A stretch of DNA of 64,000 nucleotides, taken from positions 22 to 64,021 of the forward strand of contig CAYQOH010000001.1 of the NCBI GenBank assembly GCA_964419075.1, read 5' to 3'. Shown one piece after another: positions 39,479 through 49,260 of the stretch (positions within the stretch are counted from its first letter, which is position 1; each line of letters opens with the position of its first letter). The notes under the pieces are model-generated. The model was not told the origin of the DNA, did not search any database, and worked only from the letters and a program-made list of their open reading frames with translations. A program made the translations under genes and the position numbers. Origin of the DNA: an uncultured Opitutaceae bacterium. GTDB taxonomy: Bacteria > Verrucomicrobiota > Verrucomicrobiia > Opitutales > Opitutaceae.

Positions 39479-41449
39479 GTGAGCATGGTCGAAACCTACG
39501 AGCAAGCCTTCACCGTGGAATTCCGCTCACCTGAGTCCGCGCGCAAGGCCGCGGTTCGCGTGGCGGGCCTTTACCACGATTTCAAAGCGGCCTTCTCCAC
39601 GAGAATGGACGACAACAACTCAAATGATATCCGTGTTGCCGAGGTGATGGCACGTTTCGGACAAAAGGGGACATTCTTCCTGAACGATCCGTGGGCCTGG
39701 TGGGAGGGAAACGCGGATCAGGGATCCGCGATGCCACATGAGCCCGGATCGGAGGTCCCTAGGGGCCTGCGTGCCGGTGGGCATTCCATCGGGGCTCACA
39801 CGCTGAGTCACGACTACCTGCCGGCGCTCTCAAAGAACGCTGCGTTCAAGGAGATCATGGGGTCCCGGATCGTCCTGGAGGTCCAATCGGGATCGCCCGT
39901 CTCCACCTTCACGTTTCCGTTCATGTATTGGCGCTCGCCGCTGAGGGAGGGTCTCGACCGCACGGACATCGAGGAGGTGCTGCGTCGCTCTGGGATCGTG
40001 CAACTTGCCGAGGACGGCTACAACGGGGGGCGCGACACGGGGCTGCAAGACGCCTGTTTCATCGTCGTCGACGGGAAGGCGGTCGGGGGCGGATCTGGCG
40101 AGTCCGTGATCGACCGCGAATGCCAGCGCGGCGGGCGACCCCTGTTCCTCGTGTCAATGCACGCCTGGCCGGAGCGCTGGGGAGGTCGTGGGTTTCCGAT
40201 TCTCGAGGAGGTCTATCGCAGGTGGGCGGGCAGGCAGGACTGGTGGTATTGCAACGCGAACGAATACGCCGCCTACCGGTACCAGGCATTGCACACGGTT
40301 CTGACCACCAGAGTCGATGGCCGGTCGGTCCGAGTGACGCTTGCGAGGCCGGACCCGCTTGATCTGGGAGACTGGGTTCCCTTGACGCTGGCGTTCGACG
40401 GCGTGGGTCCGGAAGAGGTGCTGTCCTTGTCAAGTGAAGGGGCGAAGATCGAGACTTCCGGGATCCCGGGCCTCTGTGCCGTCGACCTGAGCCATGACGG
40501 GGAATTCGGACCCGTTGCGGCCTACGGCCGATCCGACAATCCCGGAAACAGCGATCGATGGGATGATGTGGCCCCATTTTCGGGATTGAGGGCGCTCCTC
40601 CAGAGGCGACCCGACCACCTGGTGCTCCACCTGAAGAATGATGGAGAGGCCCCCCTGCGCCGCATCCGGGTGACCTTCAGGCTGCCCCTGCGCTGGCGCG
40701 AGGGCGTTGTCCGGCGGAACCTGGAGGCCTTGGGGCCCGGCTCGACGGCCACCCTGAAGATTGATCTCTCGGAGCGACCCGAAACCGATGGGTACGCGGA
40801 TGGCGTGGAGTACGACGTGGCTCAGGTGGATTTCGTCGGCGTGTCTCGAGCGCGGCTTTATGCGTTGTGTGAGGCGCATCGCGAGGATGCCCCTGCCCAT
40901 TTCTCCCGCGAGGGGTTTCTCGTGCTGGGCCCCGTTCCAGGAGACCTTGCCGAGCTGGATCCCCAGTTCTTCGGCGAGAACTTCCCCGTGAACCGCGCCG
41001 GGGAGCGGGCCTACACGGCGCCTTGGGGACGGAGCCTGTCCTGGCGGGCCGTTGCGGCTCCGCTCGCCGGTTTCCTGGATCCGGACATTGTCCCCACGTC
41101 GGCGCAGGCGAATACCCTCGACATCCACGGCTGGCATTCGTCCTCCGTCCATCCGCACACGAGGATGAATTACCTGCTTCGCGGCATGATTCACGCGCCT
41201 GTTGGGATGACGGTGCATGCTGTCTTTGATCGAACGCGGGTCGTTCGCGTCGAGCTCAACGGAGTGGGGGTTTCGGATGGATCCCTCGAACTCAGGGAGG
41301 GCGCCAACGAGCTACGAATCCTCTACCACTCGCTCCTCGCCTGCGATTCGCAGTTCAACGAAGGCAACTACGGCTGCTACTTCCGGCTTGTGGATGCGAA
41401 GGGCAGGCGGGCAAAGGGGGTCCGGTTCGAGAGACCCAAGCCGGCCTGA
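39479..41449 (+). CDS. polysaccharide deacetylase (CE4/NodB)-like domain with long C-terminal extension, cytoplasmic paralog
   Basis: NodB-like motifs FSTRMDD and GAHTLSH, with no signal peptide. It is clearly similar along its full length to the product of 43240-45351. Start is GTG 39479 or ATG 39485. Confidence 0.6.
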   Translation: MSMVETYEQAFTVEFRSPESARKAAVRVAGLYHDFKAAFSTRMDDNNSNDIRVAEVMARFGQKGTFFLNDPWAWWEGNADQGSAMPHEPGSEVPRGLRAGGHSIGAHTLSHDYLPALSKNAAFKEIMGSRIVLEVQSGSPVSTFTFPFMYWRSPLREGLDRTDIEEVLRRSGIVQLAEDGYNGGRDTGLQDACFIVVDGKAVGGGSGESVIDRECQRGGRPLFLVSMHAWPERWGGRGFPILEEVYRRWAGRQDWWYCNANEYAAYRYQALHTVLTTRVDGRSVRVTLARPDPLDLGDWVPLTLAFDGVGPEEVLSLSSEGAKIETSGIPGLCAVDLSHDGEFGPVAAYGRSDNPGNSDRWDDVAPFSGLRALLQRRPDHLVLHLKNDGEAPLRRIRVTFRLPLRWREGVVRRNLEALGPGSTATLKIDLSERPETDGYADGVEYDVAQVDFVGVSRARLYALCEAHREDAPAHFSREGFLVLGPVPGDLAELDPQFFGENFPVNRAGERAYTAPWGRSLSWRAVAAPLAGFLDPDIVPTSAQANTLDIHGWHSSSVHPHTRMNYLLRGMIHAPVGMTVHAVFDRTRVVRVELNGVGVSDGSLELREGANELRILYHSLLACDSQFNEGNYGCYFRLVDAKGRRAKGVRFERPKPA

Positions 41450-41504
41450 GCCGTAACGCGCCGCCGAGCGGAGTTCGGACCACGGTGCCCGCCGCGCGGG
41501 CGAA

Positions 41505-43232
41505 TCACCCCTTGGGGATCACGACCAGGGTCACGCTCTGCGCCGGCACGGTCTCAACGGCGCGACCGTCGCTTAGGATAAGGTCTCTCAGGCGGTCTAT
41601 CCTGTTTGCGGCCGTGAGCTGCCACACCTGCGCGGGCACCGCTTTGTTCAAGCCAGTCACCGTAAGCTCAATGGGGATTGGGTGATCGAGGGACTTTGCC
41701 ACGATCATCACGGTTCGCGCGCCATCGGAAGACCGCTCTGCTGCAAAGGCCGATAACTCGTCGACATTGGCGGAGTTGGTCAGGCGGATTCGGGTGTCCC
41801 CGAAGGTCGACCGATGGCCGTCGTAGTTGCGGTACATCTGGAAGGCTTTGTCCACGAGGGTGCTTCCGGGCGTTGGAGTCCATCGCCTGGCAAGGTCAAG
41901 ACCCTCGCGATCGTCAATGCCGTGAATCCCGACCTGTTCGCGTGTCGCGAGGAAGACCCCTTCGCGTCCGAGGATGCCGAGGATGTCGGCCTGGGCCGTC
42001 GCGCCGTTGATGTGATCGACGGCTCCCCAGTCATATTCCGTGATGCCGATGGCGAGGCCTGGATAGTTGGAGGCGACAAGTTCCTTCATCCTGGGAATCA
42101 GGCGGACTCTATCGTCAATCCAGGAAGGGTCGCGGTAATCCGGGTCCCAGAGCGTTCGCGTCGAACGGTTCCGGCGGAGCTGCATTTCACGGGACACGTC
42201 GTCGCTGAATTCACCGCCCGCCGGGTAGAAATGAAAGGTGAACACATCCAGCAGCTTCACCGCGGACTTCTCCTCCCTTTGGCGGAGCTCCCCGAGTAGC
42301 CAAGGGGTGTAGTCTGCTCCACCCCGTGCGGCCCGGTCGGGGAACGGGTCCGAAGGGCCCGGGAATCTTCCACTTTCCTTCTTTCGCTCCTCGCCCCATT
42401 GCTGGTCCAACCCGCTGAAGAAGAACGCATTCCAGCCCCACTCCTCGGGGCCGCCGACGAGTGCCCCGGGGTCCAGCCGGTGCACCATGGACGCGTAGCG
42501 TGTGATGGCGTCGCAGAGTTCCGAGGCAGAGGGTCCCCGCCGTATGACATCCCCATGGCTCGCCCACCAGATGCTGGGTTCGTTGTCCATCAGGTAGACA
42601 CGGACGCCTCCATCTGCAGCCTTTCCCCAGCGACGGACGAGGTGTTCAACAAGCCCTCGCTGGAAGTCCACCGAGGCAGCCTTATTGGCATCCCGCGGAT
42701 CGTTGTCCGTTATGGGCTCACCGCCGGGCGAGCGAAGGCCGTTGCCTGCATCCGAATACTCGCCGGAGCCGTGGGCCGTCTGGGCCCCGTATTTCGCGAC
42801 CGAGTAGCTCCAGAGCGGGCCTTGCCCCGGGCCCAGCCGTGCGGTCCAGCCGGAGATCGGAATCGTCACTATCGCACGGGCTCCCGCAGCTCGGCTGTTT
42901 TCGACAACGGCATCAAGAAGGCCGCAGGGCGATTCCCCGCCCGGCTCCGGCCGGCTCAGGTACCACGGCCTCGAATGGTTGCTGGCGTTGAGCTCCCAGT
43001 TGTAGAGCGTCGCGTAATTCCCCCCTTGCCGGTTCACGGTCGCATTGTTCGCCTCAAGGTCGGCGGCCGTGCCGAACATCATTCCGTAGATCTCGGGATG
43101 GATGGGTCGCCGGTCTGCGGCGGAATCGACCACGAGATGTACGGCCGGAGCCTCGGCGGCGAGCCGACTTGCGGAGCAAAGGGAGAGTGCCGCAGCGAGT
43201 CCCAGCGCAAGGCGTCGGCGGTGAGCAGGCAC
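41505..43232 (-). CDS. glycoside hydrolase family 44-like, secreted
   Basis: Signal peptide. NRQGGNYATLYNWELNASN, YLMDNEPSIW and GITEYDWG resemble the GH44 (endoglucanase/xyloglucanase) conserved blocks as I recall them. Confidence 0.6.
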   Translation of the reverse strand: MPAHRRRLALGLAAALSLCSASRLAAEAPAVHLVVDSAADRRPIHPEIYGMMFGTAADLEANNATVNRQGGNYATLYNWELNASNHSRPWYLSRPEPGGESPCGLLDAVVENSRAAGARAIVTIPISGWTARLGPGQGPLWSYSVAKYGAQTAHGSGEYSDAGNGLRSPGGEPITDNDPRDANKAASVDFQRGLVEHLVRRWGKAADGGVRVYLMDNEPSIWWASHGDVIRRGPSASELCDAITRYASMVHRLDPGALVGGPEEWGWNAFFFSGLDQQWGEERKKESGRFPGPSDPFPDRAARGGADYTPWLLGELRQREEKSAVKLLDVFTFHFYPAGGEFSDDVSREMQLRRNRSTRTLWDPDYRDPSWIDDRVRLIPRMKELVASNYPGLAIGITEYDWGAVDHINGATAQADILGILGREGVFLATREQVGIHGIDDREGLDLARRWTPTPGSTLVDKAFQMYRNYDGHRSTFGDTRIRLTNSANVDELSAFAAERSSDGARTVMIVAKSLDHPIPIELTVTGLNKAVPAQVWQLTAANRIDRLRDLILSDGRAVETVPAQSVTLVVIPKG

Positions 43233-43239
43233 GGTAGGC

Positions 43240-45351
43240 TTAGGGAGCTGGGGGCCTCTCGAACGTCACATCCTCCAACGGCCGGCCCTCGCGCGAGGCT
43301 AGTCTGAAATAGCATCCATAGTTCGCCGGGGAGAACGTCGATCCGATGCCGGGCGCCGGGGCGTAGAGGATGCAAATCGTGTTTTCCCCCTTGTGTAGAG
43401 GAAACTCGCCCCCGTCGACCACCCCGCCATTGACCGAGAGACTCCTGACGCAGTCTTTGCGGTACACGGCCCGTACGTTCCGCTCGAAAGGGCTCAGGAC
43501 GCGCCCATAGAGGAGGTAATGCACCCTCTTGTGGGGAGAATAGATGGCGGGATCCCAGACGTAGAAGCTAGGTATGTTGGATCTTCCGGTCGTTGGGATG
43601 ATATCGGGATCGAGGATGGACGCTCTTGCAGGATCAAGCGTCCTCCATGAGAGGCGGCCGCTCCAGTGCACCGCGTACTCCCTTTCCGGCTTGGCTCCCG
43701 AGAGCAGGGCACTTGAGAAGGCTAGCGGGTCGAAGTCGGGCTCGTCGCCTGCAAGGGGGCCCAGGATCCAGAAGCCGTCCCTGGCGAAACTGGAAGCGGG
43801 CGCCCCGGCCGCCGTCTCACAGGTGGCGTATACGCGGGCCCGCTCGGACCCACGGTAGTCGATCTGGGCGACATCATATTCACTGCCGTCGCAAAAATGC
43901 CCCGAGTCCTCCCGCTCGGAGAGTTGAATCTGAACCTGGGTGGAGGCGCCCTTCTCTAGGTCCCTGAGGGATTCACGGACTACTCCTGTCTTCCAGCGAA
44001 GCGGAAGCCGGAAGACCACCCGAATATCGCTCAGGTTGCACCCACCGCTGTTCTTTAGGATCAGGGTGAGGCGCTCTCCCCGGTGAAAAAGGAGCGCCTG
44101 CAGTCCTTCCGGACCCGCCTCGCCGTGACCGAGTTGATCGGTGTTCGTTGGGTTGCTTGACTCGTGGAAGGCGCCAATCGAGCCCCTCCGCGTGTCGTGG
44201 AACAGGTCGAATGAATAACTCGGGCCTATCTTCACAGGTTCCGTTACCGCCGCGGATGCAGTGACCGAAAGCACATCCTCCGGATGACATCCCTCCACCA
44301 GGAGCGTGAGGGGAACAGGGTCTCCCAGGTCCAGGGCATCTGGGCGAGTCAGGACCGCCCGGAGCGTGGATCCTTCGACAAACACGGACAGTCGAGAATG
44401 AAGGGCCTGGTACCGATACGCTGCGTATTGGCTTTGATTGCAATACCACCAGTCCGGCCGGCTTGCCCATCTTCGTTCCAGATCCGACAGCAGAGGGAAG
44501 TCCGGCGCCCCCCAGGCGCTTACAAGGGCATGCATCGTTACGAGGAAGAGCGGCCTTTCCGAAGGGGGAAGGGGCGCGGTCAGAACGGATTCAGAATACG
44601 TTCCCTCGTCGCCGCTATTGTCGACGGTGATAAAGACAGCATCTTGCAGTCCGCTGTCCCAGTCCGCGTTGTACCGGTGCTCCGCAAGCTGGAAATAGCC
44701 TGCTCGCCTTAGGATCTCCTCGAGGTCGGCGCGCTCGGACGCATTTCGAAGACCGGTCTCGATGTAGGACACAAAGGGATAGGTGAACGAGATGCAGGGA
44801 GAGGACGCGTGAGCCTCGATCGCCACACGGATCCCCATGATCTCCTTGAACGCGGCGTTCTTGGAGAGCACCGGCAGGTATTCGTGGTTGAGGGTGTGTC
44901 CGCCCAGGGAATGGCCGCCCGAAAGGAGCCGCCGCGGGATCTCGAGTCCGGGGTTTTTCGGGGCCTTGATGCCCGTCGCGGGGTTGTCCTGCCACCACGA
45001 CTCGGGGTTGTTGAGGTAGAATGTCCCTTTCTGGCCGAATTTCTCCAACACCTGCGCCACCATGAGGTCGTTCAGGTTTGAGTCGTCCATCCGCGTCGAG
45101 AACGCGGCTTTGAGGTCGTGGTACAGCGGGGCGATGTGCAGGTGCGCCGCATTTGCGGCAGCCTCCGAGCGAAACTGCACCACCACGGTTTGCGCGTAGG
45201 AGTCCATCCTCACGGGCCCGAGACTTGATGCAGGGTCCTCCCCGAATGTCGATGATGCGGCAGCGGCGAGCAGGAGGGCCGCGGAAGGGGCCCTTCCGGT
45301 CCGGAATCCACGTATCCTTGTCCCTGGGTCGATTGCAGGGTTTGATTTCAA
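43240..45351 (-). CDS. polysaccharide deacetylase (CE4/NodB)-like domain with long C-terminal extension, exported paralog
   Basis: Signal-like N terminus (APSAALLLAAAASSTFG), and the same FSTRMDD / GGHTLNH motifs and C-terminal NYGCYFRL block as its paralog. The TTG start overlaps the upstream TGA (45348-45351). Confidence 0.6.
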   Translation of the reverse strand: MKSNPAIDPGTRIRGFRTGRAPSAALLLAAAASSTFGEDPASSLGPVRMDSYAQTVVVQFRSEAAANAAHLHIAPLYHDLKAAFSTRMDDSNLNDLMVAQVLEKFGQKGTFYLNNPESWWQDNPATGIKAPKNPGLEIPRRLLSGGHSLGGHTLNHEYLPVLSKNAAFKEIMGIRVAIEAHASSPCISFTYPFVSYIETGLRNASERADLEEILRRAGYFQLAEHRYNADWDSGLQDAVFITVDNSGDEGTYSESVLTAPLPPSERPLFLVTMHALVSAWGAPDFPLLSDLERRWASRPDWWYCNQSQYAAYRYQALHSRLSVFVEGSTLRAVLTRPDALDLGDPVPLTLLVEGCHPEDVLSVTASAAVTEPVKIGPSYSFDLFHDTRRGSIGAFHESSNPTNTDQLGHGEAGPEGLQALLFHRGERLTLILKNSGGCNLSDIRVVFRLPLRWKTGVVRESLRDLEKGASTQVQIQLSEREDSGHFCDGSEYDVAQIDYRGSERARVYATCETAAGAPASSFARDGFWILGPLAGDEPDFDPLAFSSALLSGAKPEREYAVHWSGRLSWRTLDPARASILDPDIIPTTGRSNIPSFYVWDPAIYSPHKRVHYLLYGRVLSPFERNVRAVYRKDCVRSLSVNGGVVDGGEFPLHKGENTICILYAPAPGIGSTFSPANYGCYFRLASREGRPLEDVTFERPPAP

Positions 45352-46490
45352 GGACTCCTCGACTTGCTCGTTTCAGCGACGAGCGCCGCAGCAAGGATGG
45401 GTTGTATCTTCTCGACCATCCGCATCGTTCCGAGGTCGGTCGGATGCGTGCCGTCGACCGTTCCCTCGCCGTCTTCACCGATGAGGCCGTCCGTCGGGAC
45501 GTAGAAGAGAAGCGGGTCGTTGCGCCGAGCCTTCTCGTAGACGGCTCTCAGGGCCGCGTTGTCCTGGTCGCTCCACGCCCGCCTCGAGGCGATTAGCACG
45601 CCATCGGGGTATTCCGGCGCCTCGACTAGGACAATTGGGGTGGTGGGGTGACGGCTCCTGAGCGCGGCCACCAGCTTCTCCATGCGAGGCACTTCGTCGG
45701 ATCCCAGGTTGGGGAGGCAGTCGAGCACGTAGCATGCGGAGTCGACCGACGAGACGAGCTCGGCGATCTCGGGCTCCGCCTTGGCATTTCCGGAGAAGCC
45801 CAGATTCACGACAGGCATGTCCAGACGGCGGCCGAGCACGGCCGGATAGGCCATTCCCGGCCTTGCGACGCTGCCTCCCTGGGTAATCGAGGTGCCGTAG
45901 AACACGATGGGCTTTCCCTGCCGAACAACCGGGTCGATGCGGCTTCCCACCGGGAAACCCAGCTGGAGCGACTCGATCCCGTTGTAAAGGGGAAGGTAGA
46001 GCAGGTACTCCCGGTACCCGGCCGGCAAATCTTTGAAGAGGGTGGCTTCATTTGCCTTGTGGGAGGGCTCCGGCCTCGCGGCTGCAAGCCAGTGCCAATC
46101 CCGGCCAATCCTGACATAGAGGTCCAGCCCGCTTGCAGCGCTCGAGGCCAAATTGGGGAGGGCTAGCGAATCGCTGAGAAGGTCCCATCGGACCCGAAGC
46201 TCGCAAGCGTCGGTCGAAAAATGAACCAGCATGCCGGCTGAGTCATGGCTGAGATCCCAAACAGGCTGGCGAACACGACCCTCGGCTGAGCGGGGAAGGC
46301 GGTCGAACACAGCCTTTGTGTCGGCAAAGCCGCGGCCTTCTACGGAGAGCGTGGCTGCATCCCTCCAGGCGATCTGCAGGTCCGAGGCGGGCGGTTGGGC
46401 GCCGGCCAAGCCGATAGAGGCGATCCCTAGGAATGTGAGCGCCGAAGCGAGCGACCCACGGCAGAGGGTTCCGATCTGAGAGGGCGTCAT
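45348..46490 (-). CDS. SGNH/GDSL hydrolase with N-terminal accessory beta domain, secreted
   Basis: Block I FYGTSITQG, block II GFSGN, block V DGTHPTD. Signal-like N terminus. The ATG overlaps the upstream stop as ATGA (46487-46490). Confidence 0.8.
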   Translation of the reverse strand: MTPSQIGTLCRGSLASALTFLGIASIGLAGAQPPASDLQIAWRDAATLSVEGRGFADTKAVFDRLPRSAEGRVRQPVWDLSHDSAGMLVHFSTDACELRVRWDLLSDSLALPNLASSAASGLDLYVRIGRDWHWLAAARPEPSHKANEATLFKDLPAGYREYLLYLPLYNGIESLQLGFPVGSRIDPVVRQGKPIVFYGTSITQGGSVARPGMAYPAVLGRRLDMPVVNLGFSGNAKAEPEIAELVSSVDSACYVLDCLPNLGSDEVPRMEKLVAALRSRHPTTPIVLVEAPEYPDGVLIASRRAWSDQDNAALRAVYEKARRNDPLLFYVPTDGLIGEDGEGTVDGTHPTDLGTMRMVEKIQPILAAALVAETSKSRSP

Positions 46491-47959
46491 TTGGATGTGT
46501 TCCAGCGGTAAAGAAGCCGCATCTGTGGGATGCCCGAGAGCCTCGACGGGTAGGAGCTTCGGCACCCGGGATTCGTGCCTTCGGGCGGTGGCGCGAAAAG
46601 GCGAATTGGGAACGGTGTGTCCAGGGGCCATTGCTCCGTTGCCGGGGTGACATCGATCAGTTCGACACCGGGTTTCTTGTAATACCATGTGTGTCCTGCA
46701 CGGATCATCAGATTTTCTCCCTTGCCGAGCAGGAGTTCGAGGAAGATGGGGCGGTGCGCGAGCCTGATCTTCCAGCCGAGTCCGTCGGAGTCTTCGGAGG
46801 AGCGCCATTCGACGCCCAAATCTTGACCGTTTCGAGTCCAATGTTCCCCTGGCAGGAAATAGGGGTCTTGGATGAGTCTCTTGTAAACGGGGAGGAAGGG
46901 ACTCGGGTTACCGATCTCCCGGTTGTTTGGATCCTCCCTCTCCAGGCCCAGCCTGGCTCGATCCCGGAACTGATAGTAGGTGATCGCCTTGAGGAATGCG
47001 GGCTTTCCCCTGAGGATGTCCCTGTAGAAGGATCCGGCCCTTCGGGACTGGGCGTGGCGGCCGCCGACGCTGCCGTCGGCGTTGAATTCACAGAGTTCGA
47101 TCCCCTTGTCCTGGCCGGTGAGCGCGCAGAAGCGCCCGTGCGCGGTCTCAAGGAGCTTCCAGAGGTCGCGATTTGTGGAGATGGAGTAGGTCGTTCCTAG
47201 GTCTGATGGCTCGCATCGCCGAAACGGCCACCCAAAGTGCAGCGCGAGGTATCGGTCCGTTGCCCATACGTCTGCGGCTGCGAGGGTCGGTGAAAGATCG
47301 GCCTCATGGTCAAGGGACTTGGCCGTGTTGTTCGAATGGGCACCCCAAATCGTGTTCTGCGCCAGGGTGCCCCAGCAGGAGACCATGCGGATGTTAGGCG
47401 CCTCCTCATGGACGATCGTTGCGAATCTCACAAAGAAGCGCGCCACCTCTGTGTAGGAATAGCGGCGGTTGAACTGGAACCAGGTGCCGTCGCACTCGTG
47501 GTTGACGCGGAGCCGCAGGTTGCCGAACGGCTTCAGGTCACGGGCGATCGCGCGGATGTGGTCGTCTGTGAGTGCGCAGTCCGCCGTCAGCGTGAAGGTG
47601 ACGTCCTGGCCGTGTCGGCGGATTTCTCGAAGTTGCTCGAAAACCTCGGCGTCTGGGTCCCCTCCAAGGCCGCCTCTGTAGGGGAAATAGTCGTCATAAG
47701 GGTAACCCCAGATAAACCCACCCCTGTTCCTGAACACCTGCGAGACCCGATTGGGCCATCCCTTGTCAAAGGGGTAGTAGCAATAGATGATGTTTATTGC
47801 CCGGTGGGGGCGACCCAGCACGCCCAGGATGTAATCCTGGCTTACGAATTCCCCCCGTTCGCTTCCCACTCCAAGGTCGACGGAACACGCGGCAGGGCAC
47901 AGGGTAACCCTATGAATTCGTCCGCTCAGCGGCCTAAAGGACATGTCCTTGGGAACCAT
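46487..47959 (-). CDS. hypothetical protein, family not recognised (cytoplasmic)
   Basis: 491 aa from the ATG at 47959 (the frame is open to 48112 but overlaps araC). It has no signal peptide and no motif I can assign, and it is translationally coupled to the SGNH gene. Confidence 0.55.
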   Translation of the reverse strand: MVPKDMSFRPLSGRIHRVTLCPAACSVDLGVGSERGEFVSQDYILGVLGRPHRAINIIYCYYPFDKGWPNRVSQVFRNRGGFIWGYPYDDYFPYRGGLGGDPDAEVFEQLREIRRHGQDVTFTLTADCALTDDHIRAIARDLKPFGNLRLRVNHECDGTWFQFNRRYSYTEVARFFVRFATIVHEEAPNIRMVSCWGTLAQNTIWGAHSNNTAKSLDHEADLSPTLAAADVWATDRYLALHFGWPFRRCEPSDLGTTYSISTNRDLWKLLETAHGRFCALTGQDKGIELCEFNADGSVGGRHAQSRRAGSFYRDILRGKPAFLKAITYYQFRDRARLGLEREDPNNREIGNPSPFLPVYKRLIQDPYFLPGEHWTRNGQDLGVEWRSSEDSDGLGWKIRLAHRPIFLELLLGKGENLMIRAGHTWYYKKPGVELIDVTPATEQWPLDTPFPIRLFAPPPEGTNPGCRSSYPSRLSGIPQMRLLYRWNTSK

Positions 47960-48092
47960 TGTTTTTGTACGTCCGCTGGCTTGGAACACCCTGCCGGCAG
48001 GCTTCCATTCTGGGCCATTCCTCCTAAGAATAGAATCTACGGCCGGACGAAACGCCTGTAATATTGGATGGGGCCCTCGGGGAACCCGCGGC

Positions 48093-48998
48093 TCAACGCC
48101 GGGCCCGCACAAGGCCCCTGGTCGGCGGCCTCAGTTCCGGTGTCCAGTAACTGATGTCGCTTCCCAGCTTTCGGTTGGCGCCACGGTATGCCGTCGGGCT
48201 CAGCTCGAATCTCCGCTTGAACCGGGTGCAAAAATAGAAGGGATCCTCAAAGCCGACATTTGCGGCAATTTCCCCAATCGAGGCGGCGGTGGTCATCAAG
48301 TGGAAGCGGGCCAACTCCAAGCGGCGCTCCTCCATGTACTCCTGGGGCGAGCGCCCGAGGCCTGCGCGGAACAGCAGGCAGAACTGCGAACGGGAGAGGC
48401 CCGCGCAACGGGCCAGGGTGTCGATCGAGTGGCGCCTGCTGAAATCATTGTGGAAGAGCTCGATGGCACGCTCAATTCGGAGATCCACCCCGCCTCCGGC
48501 TGTGCCCGAGCGCTCGACCGCGCAGGCAACCCTGAGGAGCATGCCCTCGATAAGGCTTTCCATGAGCGCCGGCCTCAGCGGCATCTCCGGTGAGCGAAGG
48601 TTCACCTGAAACATCTCCTCGAGCGCGGCAATTGTCCTGTTGCGCGCCGTTGGGTCCCTGACCTCGAACGCCTGCAATCGGTCCGCGTCGAACCACGGCA
48701 GGGTCCCCTTTAGCTTCTTAGACGGCTGAAAATGCATGAAATAGAAGCCCCATCCCTCCTTCGGGTCAGCAACCCGGTAGCTTCGTTCCAGCTTCGGGGG
48801 AAGGATCATTAGTGATCCGACTTCCGATCGAAGCACATCCTTGCCGAAGTGTACCTCGCCTGCGCCTAGGAAGGTGAAATACAGGTTCCAGTTCTTTAGG
48901 TCATGCTCGGCCCAGGCAGCGCCCTCGTGCTCGTACCGCACGTAGCCGGTGCGCGGAAAGAGCGGATAAGAGGAGCCTATATTCTGCCTGCCCATCAT
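48093..48998 (-). CDS. AraC family transcriptional regulator
   Basis: The C terminus has two HTH units (IDTLARCAGLSRSQFCLLFRAGLGRSPQEY ... IGEIAANVGFEDPFYFCTRFKRRF). The N-terminal cupin-like sensor domain starts at the ATG at 48998. Confidence 0.85.
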   Translation of the reverse strand: MMGRQNIGSSYPLFPRTGYVRYEHEGAAWAEHDLKNWNLYFTFLGAGEVHFGKDVLRSEVGSLMILPPKLERSYRVADPKEGWGFYFMHFQPSKKLKGTLPWFDADRLQAFEVRDPTARNRTIAALEEMFQVNLRSPEMPLRPALMESLIEGMLLRVACAVERSGTAGGGVDLRIERAIELFHNDFSRRHSIDTLARCAGLSRSQFCLLFRAGLGRSPQEYMEERRLELARFHLMTTAASIGEIAANVGFEDPFYFCTRFKRRFELSPTAYRGANRKLGSDISYWTPELRPPTRGLVRARR

Positions 48999-49260
48999 CC
49001 TAAATTGAAGCTCCCCGACGGGGGCGCAATCCGAATGGCTTTGATTGCGGAATTCCGACGCCCGAGCACGGGCCCGTGCCCAAACGGGAGCGATCAGCCA
49101 ATATTGCAGGGAAATCGTCTGGCTGTGGATTCTGTTCCTGTGCGTCTTGGCGCATAGTGGAGGCCTTGACCCCGCTTTCGCATTCCTCCTCCGTTGCGTG
49201 CCATGCGCACGCGGCGGCCCACCGCAAGAGGTTGCCCCTTGGGGGGCCATGCCCTAGGCA

